A DNA stretch of 60,044 nucleotides, filler included, from Jimgerdemannia flammicorona (lineage: Eukaryota): NCBI GenBank assembly GCA_003990765.1. It is 3 parts of 3 records of this genome, joined end to end, with 100 filler letters (N's around TTAATTAATTAA, not from the genome) between each part and the next. Parts side by side here need not be neighbours in the genome. Positions count along the whole stretch, not along the records: positions 40,100 to 60,044 come from RBNJ01001797.1; 2 more parts are not named here. The stretch is one strand, 5' to 3'. Made by a program: the position numbers and the translations under genes. Shown in pieces: positions 58,330 to 60,044 of the stretch. Within the stretch, counting starts at the first letter, position 1. Every line of letters begins with the position of its first letter. The notes below the pieces were generated by a model, which saw nothing but the letters and a program-made list of their open reading frames with translations, ran no database searches and was not told the DNA's origin.

Positions 58330-60044
58330 ATAGTTACCACATGCACCACCAACTTGTATAAATAACTAGATGTACCAAATCAGGTATATTGATCTCATTC
58401 CAAGTGGAACACTTGTTCCAAGTGGAACACTTGTTCTAAGTAGAATACTTGTTTCAAGTAGAACATCTGTTCCATAGAGAATGCCTGTCCTACAGGGGAA
58501 CAAGTGATCATACCTTCTCTAAATTAGCCTTACTATACATTCAATAATTATCCAGATGATAATCAGATAGTAACCACACTTGTATAAAATATCCCAGAGA
58601 TTTGAGTGAATAAACCTCAGTCTGAAAAGACAAAGAAAAGCAAAAGCCAATTGTCTGGAATACTTAAGAGAAATGTCTGCTAATTCAGAAAGAATTACAA
58701 TACTTAAAAGATATGTATGCCTGCCAATGAGCTACTGCTAAAAAAATTATAAGCTTTATTTCTTTTCCACTCTAGTCTACTTTCTAATATATGAAGTCTG
58801 TCAAGTTATAGTGAAGAACTTAGTTACTATTTTGGTTTACTTATCAGATAAAGCCTGAAGAACTCTGAGATATCTGCTAACTTGAAAAATTCATCAAATT
58901 ACTATATTATATAGAGCTTACACTAATTAGAAAATTATTGAAATTATTAATAAGAGAACTTATATACTTTTAAAGCTAACTAAATATTTTATTACTTTTT
59001 GACAAAATATCTGAGGGCTTATGCCAATCTATATAGCTGCTCCAACCTTTAATTTATCTCTATTGATCAGTATGTTATATTTGAAGACTTAACTGAGAAG
59101 ATTTTTAAAATTAATATGACTTTTTAGCTCATAGAACCCAATAGACAAACTGGATACATTTGGTATAGCACTAATTTTCATTACTAGAAGAAGAAAATTA
59201 TCAGCAGCATTTGGACAGAAAGAGAAGTAATTACCTCCAGACTAGCCAACTATCTATCATTAAAAAAATCCTAAGAAGAAGCCAGTATAGTATAGAACTC
59301 TTCACTATTATCAGTCTATTATCTAGATTATAGTTTATAAATAAATTAGAAGTATCAGTAGACTTATTACTAAGAGATCTAATCCCGTCTAACCAACTAG
59401 ACAATATAGATAATCTCACTTAATACTTTGATAAACTTATATAAGAATTTGAAAACTATATTGTCTAATTTCAATTCTTCTTAGAAGTCTCACCTATTTT
59501 ACCTCTATTTGGATCAGCAGACTCTATAAGCTCAGTATCATTAAGAATACTAAGAATTACACTTATATTCCAGAGATCAAGTACCTATCTCTAAACTCTT
59601 AGTAGCTCAACCAAACTCAGTATACCTATAAAAATAACAACTGCAACATATTCAGACACTAAAAAAAAACCAAAAGACAGTAATAATGAAATGACAGCAC
59701 TATTATCCATATTTGTAAGATATCTAGAAAAAGATCCAAGAGAATTTCTAAATATTCTCAAAGTAATTACTGCTTTAAAGAATCTTATATCTAAAAAACA
59801 AATTGTAATCTTCAAAGTACAATTGATAGAACCAGCTAAAGAAATCTTTACAAGAATATATATATATATATCAAATAATCCAAACTCTGATCTAGAATAT
59901 GTCTTAGCCACTATAAACTATTATGTAAATCAGTGTGAGACCACCTCTCACTAGATTATCAAAAAGTATATAAGAACTAAAATTTACTATAAAGCTTAAG
60001 AATTTATTATATAGATAAAAAATAAATCTCAGAGAATCTCTTTT
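58330..60044 (+). mobile_element. 5' part of another decayed LTR retrotransposon (LTR-like region followed by gag-like relic)
   Basis: LTR core CTTGTATAAAATATCC...GAGTGAATAAACCTCAG at about 58580-58620 is shared with the other LTRs; CpG-depleted, stop-riddled coding-like sequence follows. Confidence 0.65.
58399..58472. repeat. Four-unit 18-bp tandem repeat (CCAAGTGGAACACTTGTT), decaying rightwards
   Basis: Read directly; units are contiguous and partly palindromic (CAAGTG/CACTTG). Confidence 0.85.

Noticed and set aside
58399..58472. Palindromic 18-bp repeats as a CRISPR array
   Set aside because: Units are contiguous with no spacers, there are no cas genes, and the context is a eukaryotic LTR.

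Overview
Eukaryotic, almost certainly fungal DNA: short GT-AG introns, a CipC/DUF3759 gene, and Ty3/gypsy, copia and LINE relics. An early-diverging lineage such as Mucoromycota is a guess only. The window is very likely three separate contigs (1-19950, 20051-39999, 40100-60044; 19950, 19949 and 19945 bp) joined by artificial 100-nt N44-TTAATTAATTAA-N44 spacers, so linkage across the spacers cannot be assumed. Contig 1 holds two decayed gypsy elements (one with dUTPase and chromodomain), BTB-BACK and CipC pseudogenes, and an intact membrane-anchored gene with an AIM/LIR-like tail. Contig 2 holds two divergent L1/Tx1-like LINEs, a copia relic interrupted by a non-autonomous LTR element, and a truncated CHAT-protease gene. 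Contig 3 holds gypsy relics flanking an inverted duplication of a three-gene cassette. Main finding: in this cassette a caspase-like (C14) protease with a C-terminal RHIM-like motif lies head-to-head with an ankyrin-repeat protein (no NACHT/NB-ARC) carrying the matching motif at its N-terminus. A MARVEL-like 4-TM protein with two GRF-type zinc fingers lies next to them. This looks like an NLR-free amyloid signalling (sensor to protease) module. All alignments were done by eye; no database searches were run.
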